A DNA stretch of 64,000 bases. It comes from an uncultured Chloroflexia bacterium (GTDB lineage Bacteria; Chloroflexota; Limnocylindria; Limnocylindrales; CSP1-4). Below the pieces are notes generated by a model, which made no database searches, was not told the DNA's origin, and was given only the letters and a program-made list of their open reading frames with translations. The position numbers and the translations under genes were made by a program. The first letter of the stretch is position 1; the number at the start of each line of letters is the position of its first letter. The stretch spans positions 20,556-84,555 of the forward strand of contig CAWFBS010000014.1 in NCBI GenBank assembly GCA_963814115.1. The letters run 5' to 3'. Below, in pieces: positions 9,423 to 19,041 of the stretch.

Positions 9423-10529
9423 TCAGGATCCGGCTTCGCCGTCGTCGGCCAGCGAGGCAAGCCGCTCCGCCTGGTCGGTCGTGCTGAGCGCCTCCAGCAG
9501 CCGGTCCAGGTTGCCATCCAGGACGCCGGGCAGGTTCGACAGGTCCATCCCGATCCGGTGATCGGTCACCCGGTCCTGGGGATAGTTGTACGTCCGGATC
9601 TTGTCCGACCGGTCCCCTGCCCCGATCAGCGAGCGGCGCGTGGCGGAATCGGCCTCCCGCTGCCGGTTGCGCTCCTGGTCCAGGAGCCGAGCACGCAGGA
9701 TCGCCATCGCCTTGATCTTGTTCTTCAGCTGGCTGCGCTCGTCCTGGATCTCGACGACCAGGCCGCTCGGCAGGTGGGTGATCCGCACGGCCGAGTCGGT
9801 CGTGTTGACGCCCTGGCCGCCGGGGCCAGAGGAGCGCTTGACCTCGATCCGCAGGTCGCGCTCCTCGTCGATCGAAAGGTCGGCCTCCTCCGCCTCGGGC
9901 AGGACCACCACCGTCGCGGTGGACGTGTGGATGCGGCCGGAGGACTCCGTGGCCGGGATCCGCTGGACGCGGTGGACGCCACTCTCAAACTTGAGGCGGC
10001 TGAAGGCGCCCTCGCCGAAGATCTCCACCACGGCCTCCTTGACGCCACCGATCCCCGTCTCATGGAGGCTCATGACATCCGCCCGGAGCCGGTGCCGATC
10101 CGCGTAGCGCAGGTACATCCGGAGCAGGTCGCCGGCGAAGAGGGCCGCCTCGTCGCCACCTGCGCCGGCGCGGATCTCCAGGATGACGTTCCGGTCGTCG
10201 TTGGGGTCGCGGGGCAGCAGGTTGACCGTCAGTGCGTCGAGCTCGGCGGCCTCGGCAGCCTCCAGCCGGTCGACCTCCTCGCGGGCCATCGCCCGCAGCT
10301 CGTCGTCGTGCTCCGCATCGCGCATCTCGCGGGCGCCGGCCAGCTCGGCGCGCAGGGCCTCCAGGCGTTGGTATGACGAGACCACCGGCTCGAGGCGTGC
10401 GAGCTCGCGGCCAAGACGACGGAGCGCCTCCATGTCGGCGGCCACCTCCGGCGTCGAGAGCTCCGCCTGGACATGCTCGTACTGCGTGACCAGGTCGCGC
10501 AGCTTCCGGTCCAGGACGCCCTCGGCCAC
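9423..10529 (-). CDS. prfA: peptide chain release factor 1
   Basis: 368 aa with a GGQ motif ([23 protein letters not shown]) and RF1-type N-terminus. rpmE-prfA-prmC synteny. Confidence 0.9.
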   Translation of the reverse strand: MAEGVLDRKLRDLVTQYEHVQAELSTPEVAADMEALRRLGRELARLEPVVSSYQRLEALRAELAGAREMRDAEHDDELRAMAREEVDRLEAAEAAELDALTVNLLPRDPNDDRNVILEIRAGAGGDEAALFAGDLLRMYLRYADRHRLRADVMSLHETGIGGVKEAVVEIFGEGAFSRLKFESGVHRVQRIPATESSGRIHTSTATVVVLPEAEEADLSIDEERDLRIEVKRSSGPGGQGVNTTDSAVRITHLPSGLVVEIQDERSQLKNKIKAMAILRARLLDQERNRQREADSATRRSLIGAGDRSDKIRTYNYPQDRVTDHRIGMDLSNLPGVLDGNLDRLLEALSTTDQAERLASLADDGEAGS

Positions 10530-10532
10530 CGC

Positions 10533-11696
10533 TCAGGCCTCCGCCGTCGGTCGCGCCTCGGGAGACAGGAGCATGGGTGTGCGCCCGATCTGACCCGAGC
10601 CGGCGGGCAGCTCCTCGCCGTCGGCGAGGAGCGCCTGCTCGATGCTGACGATCGCGACTTCGAGCATGGCGTCCGTGGGCTGCTTCGTGGTGATCTTCTG
10701 GACCCAGATCCCGGGCTCGAAGAGCCAGCGGATCGCGCGGCTGTCCCGGTGGCGCGCGCCGAAGCGCAGCAGCTCGTAGCTGATGCCCGCGATGACCGGG
10801 ATCAGCACGACCCGGCTGACGATCATGACCGGGATCGCCTGGCGGCCCACCAGGCTGAACACGACGATCGAGACGAGGATCACCACGACCAGGAACTCGG
10901 TGCCGCAACGGGGATGGGCGGTCGGGTACTTGCGGACTTCCTCGACCGTGAGGGGGTCGCCGGCCTCCAGGGCGTGGATCGTCATGTGCTCTGCGCCGTG
11001 GTACTGGAACGTCCGACGCACGTCCGATGTACGTCCGATCAGCAGCAGGTAGCCCAGGAAGATCGTCACCTGGATGACGCCCTCCACGACCCGCTCTACG
11101 ACGCTGCTCTGGTTCCCCGCGATCGCCTTGGCGAGCAGGAGCGGCGCGAAGAAGAACAGCCCGACACCGACCACCAGCGTGAGCCCGAGCATGAGCGCAA
11201 CGGCGCCCTTGCCGAGGTCAGCGCTGTCGACCACCGCCTGCCCTGGCGGGCGGCTCGCCGTTCGGTCCGCCTCGACCTCTTGGACTGTCGCTGCCGTCGG
11301 GGCGGCCAGCTCGGGCGCGGCGGCGTCTGCCGTCGAGGCGGCCAGCTCGGGCGCGGCGGCGTCTGCCGTCGAGGCGGCCAGCTCGGGCGCGGCGCCCGGA
11401 GCCGGTAGGGGCTCAAGCACTCGCGCAGGCTGGCGCGGATCGAGGTCTTCCACCGCCGCGACTCCCGCCGATCGAACGAGCCAGCGGGTCCCCACCACGA
11501 GCGTCTCGTAGAGGACCACGAGCCCGCGGACGAACGGGAGGCGCGCCAGGCGCGTGGCGCGGAAGCCCACCACCAGCTTCTCGTCCGCCCACACGATCCG
11601 TCCGTCCGGGTGGCGGAGCGCCACCGCGATCACGTCGCGTCCGCGCATGAGAACGCCCTCGATGAGCGCCTGACCTCCGTACGCGAAGCGAGCCAT
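10533..11696 (-). CDS. DUF1385 (YqhQ-like) membrane protein with in-frame repeat insertion
   Basis: DUF1385-like N-terminus (MARFAYGGQALIEGVLMRGRD…) and C-terminal TM core (…FQYHGAEHMTIHALEAG…RCGTEFLVVV…). It contains about 2.7 copies of the 12-aa unit AAPELAASTADA. Confidence 0.7.
   Translation of the reverse strand: MARFAYGGQALIEGVLMRGRDVIAVALRHPDGRIVWADEKLVVGFRATRLARLPFVRGLVVLYETLVVGTRWLVRSAGVAAVEDLDPRQPARVLEPLPAPGAAPELAASTADAAAPELAASTADAAAPELAAPTAATVQEVEADRTASRPPGQAVVDSADLGKGAVALMLGLTLVVGVGLFFFAPLLLAKAIAGNQSSVVERVVEGVIQVTIFLGYLLLIGRTSDVRRTFQYHGAEHMTIHALEAGDPLTVEEVRKYPTAHPRCGTEFLVVVILVSIVVFSLVGRQAIPVMIVSRVVLIPVIAGISYELLRFGARHRDSRAIRWLFEPGIWVQKITTKQPTDAMLEVAIVSIEQALLADGEELPAGSGQIGRTPMLLSPEARPTAEA
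11291..11397. repeat. 36-bp in-frame tandem repeat (about 2.7 copies) inside the DUF1385 gene
   Basis: ctgccgtcgaggcggccagctcgggcgcggcggcgt is repeated head-to-tail and encodes AAPELAASTADA repeats. Confidence 0.85.
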
Positions 11697-11766
11697 CGGC
11701 GACGCTATCGACCTGGAATCACGACGGCGGGCCCGACGGCCCGCCGTGGCGATGGCGACCCAGCCG

Positions 11767-11982
11767 TCAGCGCCCCGTCGCGGCGCGCTCGAGGCGCTTC
11801 TGGAATCGCTCGACCTGGCCGGCGGTGTCCATGATCATCTGTTTGCCCGTGTAGAACGGGTGGCAGTTCCCACAGACGTCGACCCGAAGCTCGGCGCGGG
11901 TGGACCCGACGACGAACTCGGTCCCGCAGGTCGCGCAGTGCACCTTCGCGGCGTGGTACTTGGGGTGGATGTTCGGCTTCAT
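11767..11982 (-). CDS. rpmE: 50S ribosomal protein L31
   Basis: 71 aa MKPNIHPKYHAAKVHCATCGTEFVVGSTRAELRVDVCGNCHPFYTGKQ…, a zinc-ribbon type L31. Confidence 0.9.
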   Translation of the reverse strand: MKPNIHPKYHAAKVHCATCGTEFVVGSTRAELRVDVCGNCHPFYTGKQMIMDTAGQVERFQKRLERAATGR

Positions 11983-12021
11983 CGGGTCTCCGGGCGCGGT
12001 GTGCGAGGGTTGGGCTGGGGT

Positions 12022-12324
12022 TCAGGCGCCGGCGCTGGCGGGCTCGGTCTCGGCGACGAGGGCTGCCTCGACCACCGGCTCCACGCGAATGCGCTTCTTG
12101 GTGCGGGTCTGGTGCTCGAAACGAACGCGGCCCTCGACCGTGGCGAAGACCGTGTAGTCGCGGCCAAGGCCCGTGCCCGTGCCGGCGATGAACGTCATCC
12201 CGCGCTGGCGAACAATGATCGATCCGGCGGGCACGAGCTGGCCGTCGCCCACCTTCACGCCCAGGCGCTGGCCGACGGAGTCGCGGCCGTTCTTGGAGCT
12301 GGAGCCTGCCTTCTTGTGGGCCAT
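12022..12324 (-). CDS. rpmA: 50S ribosomal protein L27
   Basis: [50 protein letters not shown]… is canonical L27. Confidence 0.9.
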   Translation of the reverse strand: MAHKKAGSSSKNGRDSVGQRLGVKVGDGQLVPAGSIIVRQRGMTFIAGTGTGLGRDYTVFATVEGRVRFEHQTRTKKRIRVEPVVEAALVAETEPASAGA

Positions 12325-12327
12325 CGA

Positions 12328-12990
12328 TCAGTCTTCCTTCTTCGCGGCGCGAGGGCGCCGGGCCGCGGGCTTCGCGTCGGCTTGCGCCTTCGCCGCCTTC
12401 GCGGCGGGCTCGTCGGTCTTGGCGGCCTTGGCGGCCTTGGCGGCGGGCTTCTCCGCCTTCGCAGCCGGTTCGTCCTTCTTGGCCCCGCGCGAACGGGCGG
12501 GCTTCTTCGTCGCGTCCGCAGGTGGCTCGGCGGCCTCGGCCGCGGCGGCCTTCGTCGCGAGCGTGGCGGCGAGCGCGGCGTCGGCGGCCGCCTGCGTGGC
12601 AGCGGCCTCGGCGAGCCGCTCACGCTCCGTCTTGCGCGCCTCGGCGGCGAGCTCCTCGGTCGCGGCCGCGCTCTTGCCGTTGAGCGTGACATCCGTGATG
12701 CGCAGGATCGTCTGCTCCTGGCGGTGGCCCTTCTTGACGCGGCGCCGCGCCTTCGGCTTGTACTTGAACGAGATGACCTTGTCGGCGCGATCGGCCCGCA
12801 GGACGGTGGCGCTCACGCTGGCGCCGGCGACGAGCGGCCGCCCGATCGCGGCCTCGTCCCCGTCCGCGACCAGCAGGATCCGGTCGAGGGTGATCTCCTG
12901 GCCGGGCTCGACGTCGAGAAGCTCGACCGCAAGCTCGGTGCCGACTTCGACGTGGTACTGCTTCCCGCCGGTCTCGATGACTGCGTACAT
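12328..12990 (-). CDS. rplU: 50S ribosomal protein L21 with Lys/Ala/Pro-rich C-terminal extension
   Basis: MYAVIETGGKQYHVEVGTEL… is canonical L21 for ~100 aa. It is followed by a ~120-aa tail of AAKAAK/KPAAK repeats (histone H1-like). Start ATG at 12988-12990. Only this part of track ORF 12328..14028 is real. Confidence 0.85.
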   Translation of the reverse strand: MYAVIETGGKQYHVEVGTELAVELLDVEPGQEITLDRILLVADGDEAAIGRPLVAGASVSATVLRADRADKVISFKYKPKARRRVKKGHRQEQTILRITDVTLNGKSAAATEELAAEARKTERERLAEAAATQAAADAALAATLATKAAAAEAAEPPADATKKPARSRGAKKDEPAAKAEKPAAKAAKAAKTDEPAAKAAKAQADAKPAARRPRAAKKED

Positions 12991-13080
12991 GGGTCTCCGG
13001 GTGGGTGCTCGGCGGGCGTGAGGTGCCGGCCGTGGATGGGCGCAAACAGGCGACCCGGGATCTCTCGGGCGCGAATGAGG

Positions 13081-13109
13081 AGTGTACGGCGCCCCGGCGG
13101 TCCGGTCAA
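13081..13109 (-). promoter_or_regulatory. sigma70-like promoter candidate for rplU-rpmA (TTGACC-N17-TACACT on minus strand)
   Basis: Reverse complement reads cgtTTGACCggaccgccggggcgccgTACACTcc, about 90 nt upstream of the rplU start. Confidence 0.4.
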
Positions 13110-13121
13110 ACGCGCCCGGGC

Positions 13122-13925
13122 TCAGGGCAGGAGGTCGCGCCGCCGGAAGAGGACGAGCGACGCGGCCCATCCGCCGATCGCAGTCACGCTGAACACACCC
13201 ATGCCGACCCAGTCGAACGATCCACCATCGATCAGCGTGCCCACCCCGGCGTACCGGAATGCGGTCAGGTCGGCGAGCCAGGCGACGTCCGTCTGGACCT
13301 GCGCCACGACGTTGAGTAGGTACATGGCGATCAGGATCCCCGCCGTGACCGAAGCGGCGACGCTCCGGCTCAGCGTGATCACGGCCACGAGCGAAGTCAC
13401 GCCGGCGATCGCGCACGCGAAGAGCCAGAGCACGACACCGGAAGCCAGGAACCGGACGGAATCGAACCCGGCTCCGACGAGCACGCCCGCCGCGAGCACG
13501 CCTCCGACTGTCACGAGGGCGAGCGCGGCGAGGATCACGACCTGGCAGAGGATCGCGGCACCCAGGTACCGGCCGCGCGTGAGCGGCGTTCCGAGCGGGA
13601 GGTCGGACCACCCGCGCTCGGCGTCGGCGGCCGCCGGCCGCGTCGCGAGCACGATCGCGCCGATCGCGGCCACCACCGGCCAGAGGAAGCTGCCGATGTA
13701 CGTGTTGAAGAAGACGCCCGGGTCGGCGAGGCTGCCGGTCATTCCGAACGCTGCCATGAGCTCCTTTGGGAAGAGCTTCATGTAGTCCTCGATCTGCGCT
13801 GTATTCGTGAGCAGGATCGGGTAGATGGCGGCAATCAGCCCGCCGTAGACGAGAACCACGACCGCGAGAGCGACAGCAAGGATCCGGCTGCGCCGGAGCT
13901 CGAGGCGGAACGAGAGCGCACTCAC
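13122..13925 (-). CDS. ABC-2 type transporter permease
   Basis: 267 aa with 6 predicted TM helices. GTG start at 13925 overlaps the ATPase stop (GTGA). The upstream portion of track ORF 13122..14876 is artefact. Confidence 0.7.
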   Translation of the reverse strand: MSALSFRLELRRSRILAVALAVVVLVYGGLIAAIYPILLTNTAQIEDYMKLFPKELMAAFGMTGSLADPGVFFNTYIGSFLWPVVAAIGAIVLATRPAAADAERGWSDLPLGTPLTRGRYLGAAILCQVVILAALALVTVGGVLAAGVLVGAGFDSVRFLASGVVLWLFACAIAGVTSLVAVITLSRSVAASVTAGILIAMYLLNVVAQVQTDVAWLADLTAFRYAGVGTLIDGGSFDWVGMGVFSVTAIGGWAASLVLFRRRDLLP

Positions 13926-14869
13926 TGGGCGACCTCCCCACCAGGCCCGGGACCGCCGGCAATGGTGGGGCGACCCTCCGAACCGGCGACCGTGCCCTCG
14001 TAGTACCGGAAGAAGAGGTCCTCCACATCGGGCGTGCTGATCGCGATGTCGCGGACGTCCAGCTCCCCCAGACGGCGCAGCAGCGGGTTGACGTCGCCCC
14101 GGACCATCACGTGGACATCCTGCCCGGTGCTCGAGAGGACCGTGACGCCGGGCAGGGCGAACACCGCGTCGGATGCGGGCCGCCCGAGCACCAGGTTCAC
14201 GGAGCGCGTGTGGTCCCCCACCAGGGCCGCCACGGTGGCCGTCTTCACGAGCCGGCCTTCCCGGATGATCGCGACCCGGTCGCAGGCGCGTTCCACCTCT
14301 GGAAGGTTGTGCGAGGAAAGGAAGACCGTCCGGCCATCTGCGCGCGCCTCGGCCACGAGGGCGAGGAACTCCCGCTGCATGAGCGGGTCCAGGCCCGTTG
14401 ACGGCTCGTCCATGACCAGGAGCGGCTCTTTGCCCATGAAGACGGAGACCACGCCGACCTTCTGGCGGTTGCCCCGCGACAGCTTTTTCACGGGGACCGT
14501 CGGGTCCAGGTCCAGACGGTCCGCAAGCGGTCGCCACGCGCCCTTCCCAAGCCCGCGAAGCGCGCCCAGGTAGTCCAGGAGCAAGGCCGCATCCATGTCG
14601 CCCAGGTAGCCCGGGTCGCTCCCGAGATGGGCCAGCCGTCTGTGCACCGCCGGTGCCTGCGCCCAGGGGTCCAGTCCGAAGATCCGGGCGCTGCCCGCGC
14701 TGGGCCGGATCAGGCCCAGGAGCATCCGGATCGTGGTCGTCTTCCCGGCCCCGTTGGGGCCCAGGAAGCCGAAGACCTCGCCCTCGTGGACGTCGGCCTC
14801 GAGGTCGATTACGCCTCGGCGCTTGCCATACCAGCGGGTCAGGCCGCGCAGCTCGATCGCCTCGGGCAC
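13922..14869 (-). CDS. ABC transporter ATP-binding protein
   Basis: Walker A GPNGAGKTT, signature LSRGNRQKVGV, Walker B LLVMDEPSTGLD. GTG start at 14869 is preceded by GGAGGTG. Confidence 0.85.
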   Translation of the reverse strand: MPEAIELRGLTRWYGKRRGVIDLEADVHEGEVFGFLGPNGAGKTTTIRMLLGLIRPSAGSARIFGLDPWAQAPAVHRRLAHLGSDPGYLGDMDAALLLDYLGALRGLGKGAWRPLADRLDLDPTVPVKKLSRGNRQKVGVVSVFMGKEPLLVMDEPSTGLDPLMQREFLALVAEARADGRTVFLSSHNLPEVERACDRVAIIREGRLVKTATVAALVGDHTRSVNLVLGRPASDAVFALPGVTVLSSTGQDVHVMVRGDVNPLLRRLGELDVRDIAISTPDVEDLFFRYYEGTVAGSEGRPTIAGGPGPGGEVAQ

Positions 14870-15021
14870 GACGCACCTCCGATCACGGGCGCCCTGGCGA
14901 TGCGGGCGGACCACCGGCGATCCAGCCTGAACCGGGTCGTGCCTGCCGGGGAGGGCCGCCCGGCAGCAACGACCGGACCGGACGGCCCGACCGGGGACTC
15001 CACCGCGATCAGCGGCGAGGG

Positions 15022-15798
15022 TCAGGCACCCGCATCGGTCAGCAGGCGCTCACGCACGATCCCGAGCACCCTGAGCTCCCCGCCCAGCGGCGGGGCAGGC
15101 GGCCCGGCGAGAGCCGCAAGCACGTCCTCTGGGCGTCCTACGGCATCAGGGCGGTGCCGGAGCCGCGTCCGGATGACAGCCGTCGGTGCATCCCCGCCGG
15201 ATCCTGCCGGCAGAGGCTCCGCCGCCACGGAGAGGGCGAGGATCAGTGGCCGCAGGTCGAACGCCTGCGTCTTCTTCTCGCGATGCCGTTCGCGCGGCAG
15301 CGTGGATGCATTCAGCAGCGCCTCGGCAGCGACCCGGATCTCGACCGGCCCGACCCCGGCCACGTCGGCGCGGTAGTCGGCGGCGAGGACGGCAGCCGAC
15401 GCGGATGGGGCACCGACCCAGACGTCATGGAGATCGACCAGCTGGACGTCGGGCGGAAGCCCCGCCTGCACGAAGGCGCGCACGTCGACCGCCGGGAGGC
15501 GCGTTGACAGGACCACGTCGAGAATCTCGCGCTCCCCGGCGATGCCGAGCGGGAGCTGCGCCGCGAGGACGACACGACCCTTCGCCGGATCGGGTGCGAG
15601 GGGCATCCCGCCTCGCTCGAACAGCGAAGCCCAGGCCCCCGCCCCGGCGGGAAGCAGGCCGGGCTGGGAGACAGCGGGCAAGCGCAGGTACAACCGCCAG
15701 CGCTGGCGTGGGCCGCTTGGGCCGGGCCCGATCGCCGCTGCCGGCGGTGACGCGCTCTCGTCACGCACCGACCCGGCCGGCGAGCGCGACACGGTCAT
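15022..15798 (-). CDS. DUF2344 (TIGR03936 radical-SAM-linked) family protein
   Basis: RWRLYLRLPAV…LFERGGMPLA…GRVVLAAQLPLGIAGEREILDVVL… fits the DUF2344 pattern. No radical SAM partner gene is adjacent. Confidence 0.5.
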   Translation of the reverse strand: MTVSRSPAGSVRDESASPPAAAIGPGPSGPRQRWRLYLRLPAVSQPGLLPAGAGAWASLFERGGMPLAPDPAKGRVVLAAQLPLGIAGEREILDVVLSTRLPAVDVRAFVQAGLPPDVQLVDLHDVWVGAPSASAAVLAADYRADVAGVGPVEIRVAAEALLNASTLPRERHREKKTQAFDLRPLILALSVAAEPLPAGSGGDAPTAVIRTRLRHRPDAVGRPEDVLAALAGPPAPPLGGELRVLGIVRERLLTDAGA

Positions 15799-15946
15799 GG
15801 CGTTCCTTCCATCCGGGAGAGATTCGCGTGAGCGCCGCGCGCCGGTCGCTGGCTCGTGGTACGCACGTCAGCTGGGCCAAGAGAGGCCGGGCCGTCCACG
15901 GAGTCGGGCAGATCGAGCCCGAGCATGGCAACCTGGCTCGATCGCG

Positions 15947-17110
15947 TCACCACTCCGCGCGCTGCTGGCGCATGGCAATGCTCTGCAGGATGCCGAGCCC
16001 GATCGCGATGCTGACGAGCGACGCGCCGCCGTGCGTGATGAAGGGGAGGGGGATCCCGGTGATGGGCATGACGCCGAGCACCATGCCGACGTTGACCACG
16101 ATCTGGAACAGGATCATCGAGGCGACCCCGGCGCCCATCATCAGCCCGAACGGATCGCGCGACCGCCACGCGATGGTCAGGATGCGCCAGAGCAACGCGG
16201 CAAACAGCAGGAAGACGACCACGCACCCGACAAAGCCCAGTTCCTCCGCCAGGACTGCGAAGACGAAGTCGGTCGACTGGACGGGAAGCACGTTGGACTG
16301 GCTCTGGACGCCGTTCGTGAGACCCGCCCCCAGGAACCCGCCTGAGGAGACGGCCTTCTGGGCGGTGAGGAGCTGGAAGCCCGCCCCCAACGGGTCCTTC
16401 GCCGGGTCCAGGAAGCTGGTCAGGCGTTCCTTCTGGTAGTCGTGGAGCACATACGTCCATACGAGGGGAAGGGCAGCGAAGGTCGCGACCGCGAGTGCTC
16501 CCAACCAGCGCAGGCTCGCACCCGCCATGAAGAGCATGCCCACGAGGATCGCGAGGAAGACCAGCGACGTCCCGAGGTCCGGCTGCAGGAGGACGAGCAC
16601 CCACGGAGGGATCACGATGAGACACGCACCCACGATCGAGGTCAGGGAATCCAGGCGCTGTTCGCGGTCGGCCAGGTAGCGCGCGAGGACCACGATCATG
16701 AGGATCTTGGCGATCTCGCTGAACTGGAACTGGAGCCCGAAGATCGAGACCCAGCGGGCCAATTCGGCGTCGGAGCTGCCGAAGGCGAGCGACAGCCCGA
16801 GCAGGGCCAGGTTGACGAGGTAGATCGGCCACGAGAACGCCTTCAGCCACGTGTAGTCGAAGGCCGTTGCTGCCGCGAAGGCGACCAGCGCAACCACTGC
16901 CCAGATGAGCCCGCGTGCGAACGTGTTCCCCCCGCTGAGCTGGTCGGTCCCCAGCTGAGCCGCGGTATTGCTGTAGGCCATGGTCAGGCCGAGCGTGGCA
17001 AGCAGGATCGCGTACACGAACAGCTGCAGGTCGAAGTCGCGCCAGGCGACGCCTCCGACGCGGGCTGCAATCCCGGTTGGGGCGTCGCGCTCCACCCGAA
17101 GGACGCCCAT
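15947..17110 (-). CDS. rodA: SEDS-family peptidoglycan glycosyltransferase RodA/FtsW
   Basis: 387-aa 10-TM FtsW/RodA family protein. Called rodA from its position directly downstream of the mrdA (PBP2) and mreD genes. Confidence 0.8.
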   Translation of the reverse strand: MGVLRVERDAPTGIAARVGGVAWRDFDLQLFVYAILLATLGLTMAYSNTAAQLGTDQLSGGNTFARGLIWAVVALVAFAAATAFDYTWLKAFSWPIYLVNLALLGLSLAFGSSDAELARWVSIFGLQFQFSEIAKILMIVVLARYLADREQRLDSLTSIVGACLIVIPPWVLVLLQPDLGTSLVFLAILVGMLFMAGASLRWLGALAVATFAALPLVWTYVLHDYQKERLTSFLDPAKDPLGAGFQLLTAQKAVSSGGFLGAGLTNGVQSQSNVLPVQSTDFVFAVLAEELGFVGCVVVFLLFAALLWRILTIAWRSRDPFGLMMGAGVASMILFQIVVNVGMVLGVMPITGIPLPFITHGGASLVSIAIGLGILQSIAMRQQRAEW

Positions 17111-19041
17111 CAGCGGCCACCCTGGTAGAAGTTGGTGCGCTGGAGCAGCTGCGGAAGGCGGTAATCCTTCGTGATCCCGTAGTGGAGCTGGAGGTAATAC
17201 TTGGCGACCTCCGTCGCCGTGTTGCCGAGCGTGCCTGCGTCGTAGATGAAGACACAGAAGGCCAGCTGCGAGTCCGGCTTCGAGACGTCGCCGGTCGGGT
17301 TGTCCTTGGTCCAGGCGGCCTTCGGGATGAAGCCGGCGAACCAGTTGTGATACGGCAGCACGCCGTTCTTGTCGCGCAGGCCGAACTCGGCGGTGCCGGT
17401 CTTCCCAGCGACCACGATGGGCATGTCCACGAGGTTGTACGTGTTGCGGCTGGAGACGACGCGGCGGGCCGCCTCGCGCATGGTGGTGAAGACCCAGCTC
17501 GGCGCGGCGATCTTTCGGATCACCTTCGGCGTGAACGGGCGCACGACCGTGCCGTCGGGGCTGACAATCTCGCGAACCACCTGGGGCTGGTAGAGCGTGC
17601 CGCCGTTTGCGAGCGCCGCGTATGCGTTGAGCACCTGGAGCGGCGTGGCGAGGTCATAGCCCTGGCCGATCCCGGCCTGGAGGACCTCGCCCGGATAGAT
17701 CGGCTCGCCGAGCGTGTTCAGCTTCCACTGGTTCGTGGGAACCAGGCCGGCCAATTCGGCGGGAAGGTCGATCCCGGTGGGTTGCCCGAACCCGTACTGC
17801 GTGCCCCAGTACCCGAGTCGATCGATCCCGAGCCGCTGGGCCAGCTGGTAGAAGACGGTGTCGGCGGAGTGGGCGAAGCCGTCCTTGATGTCGAGTGGCC
17901 CCCACCCGAGGTGATTCCACTCCCAGAACAGGGTGGCTCCGACCTGGACGTACGGCTTGCTGAGCACCAGCTCGTTCAGGCCGAGCTTCTTGTCCGCGAG
18001 CACGCCCGTCCCCGTGACCAGCTTGTACGTGGACCCGGGGGGCTGGATGTCGCTGATCGCGTGGTTCATCAGCGGGAGGTTCGGGTTGGCGAGGAGCTTC
18101 TGGAAATCCGCGTTGCTGATCCCACGCGCGAAGAGATTGTCGTCATAGGTGGGCTCGCTGACCATGGCCAGGATCTCGCCCGTCTGCGGGTTCTCGACGA
18201 CGATGGCGCCCCGCTTCGAGCCGGACAGCTTGAGGCCCCAGTCGAGCGCCTGCTGCGCGTAGCGTTGTTCCTTGGCGTCGATCGTCAGGATGAGCGAGTC
18301 GCCGGACACGGGCGGCGTCGTCGTCGACAGGACGCGCACCGTGCGTCCGGTTCCATCCTTCTCGACCTGCTGGACACCGTACGTGCCGCGCAGCGCCGAC
18401 TCGTACTGGGATTCCAGCCCGGTCTTCCCGATCCAGTCGTCCGGGAGGTACCCCTGGCCCTGGAGCGATGTGTACGCTGTCGCGTCGATCGGCCCGGTGT
18501 AGCCCAGCAGCTGCGTGAACAGCGGTCCGTCGAGGTAGTCGCGTCGGGCCTCCACCGTCACGTCGACCCCGGGCAGTGTCAGGTTGTCCTCGGCGATCAG
18601 GCGCGCGGTCTGCTCCGGAACGTCGTTCGCGATGGTCACGGGATCGAACCGCGAGCCGCTCGCGCTGTCGAGCGCCGTCGTGATCGCCGTCGCCGTTGTC
18701 CCGAGCAGCCCGGCCAGGCTCCCGACGACCCGCGGTTGCTGGCTCAGCGGAAGGTCGGCGGGGAGGATCGAGACCGTGAAGGTCGGCACATTCTCGACGA
18801 GCAGGTGCTTCGACCGGTCGTAGATCAGACCCCTTGTCGATGGCACGGGTTGCGTCACGACCTGGATGCCTGCCGGAACGGGCGCCGCGGCCGCAGCCGG
18901 GGCAGCCGCCGGGCTGCCCGTCATCTGCATCGCGAACAGGCGAGCTGTCAGGCCGCCCAGCATGACCACGGCTGCGAACGCGAAGACGGCAAAGCGGAGC
19001 GGCCGTCGCTCGTGGGTCGCCGGAGTCTGAAGGGTCGTCAC
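17110..19041 (-). CDS. mrdA: penicillin-binding protein 2 (class B PBP, elongasome transpeptidase)
   Basis: 643 aa: N-terminal TM anchor, PBP dimerisation domain, transpeptidase motifs (STYK-like GSTYKLVT, SAD, KTGTA). Lies between mreD and rodA. Confidence 0.85.
   Translation of the reverse strand: MTTLQTPATHERRPLRFAVFAFAAVVMLGGLTARLFAMQMTGSPAAAPAAAAAPVPAGIQVVTQPVPSTRGLIYDRSKHLLVENVPTFTVSILPADLPLSQQPRVVGSLAGLLGTTATAITTALDSASGSRFDPVTIANDVPEQTARLIAEDNLTLPGVDVTVEARRDYLDGPLFTQLLGYTGPIDATAYTSLQGQGYLPDDWIGKTGLESQYESALRGTYGVQQVEKDGTGRTVRVLSTTTPPVSGDSLILTIDAKEQRYAQQALDWGLKLSGSKRGAIVVENPQTGEILAMVSEPTYDDNLFARGISNADFQKLLANPNLPLMNHAISDIQPPGSTYKLVTGTGVLADKKLGLNELVLSKPYVQVGATLFWEWNHLGWGPLDIKDGFAHSADTVFYQLAQRLGIDRLGYWGTQYGFGQPTGIDLPAELAGLVPTNQWKLNTLGEPIYPGEVLQAGIGQGYDLATPLQVLNAYAALANGGTLYQPQVVREIVSPDGTVVRPFTPKVIRKIAAPSWVFTTMREAARRVVSSRNTYNLVDMPIVVAGKTGTAEFGLRDKNGVLPYHNWFAGFIPKAAWTKDNPTGDVSKPDSQLAFCVFIYDAGTLGNTATEVAKYYLQLHYGITKDYRLPQLLQRTNFYQGGR

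Noticed and set aside
11291-11397. Tandem repeats (here and at 41820-41905, 44293-44340, 46900-47000) as possible CRISPR arrays
   Set aside because: Repeat units are contiguous with no unique spacers of regular length, and three of the four are in-frame coding repeats. There are no cas genes.
13122-14876. 584-aa minus-strand ORF
   Set aside because: The real permease begins at GTG 13925. The upstream part overlaps the ABC ATPase gene in a different frame.
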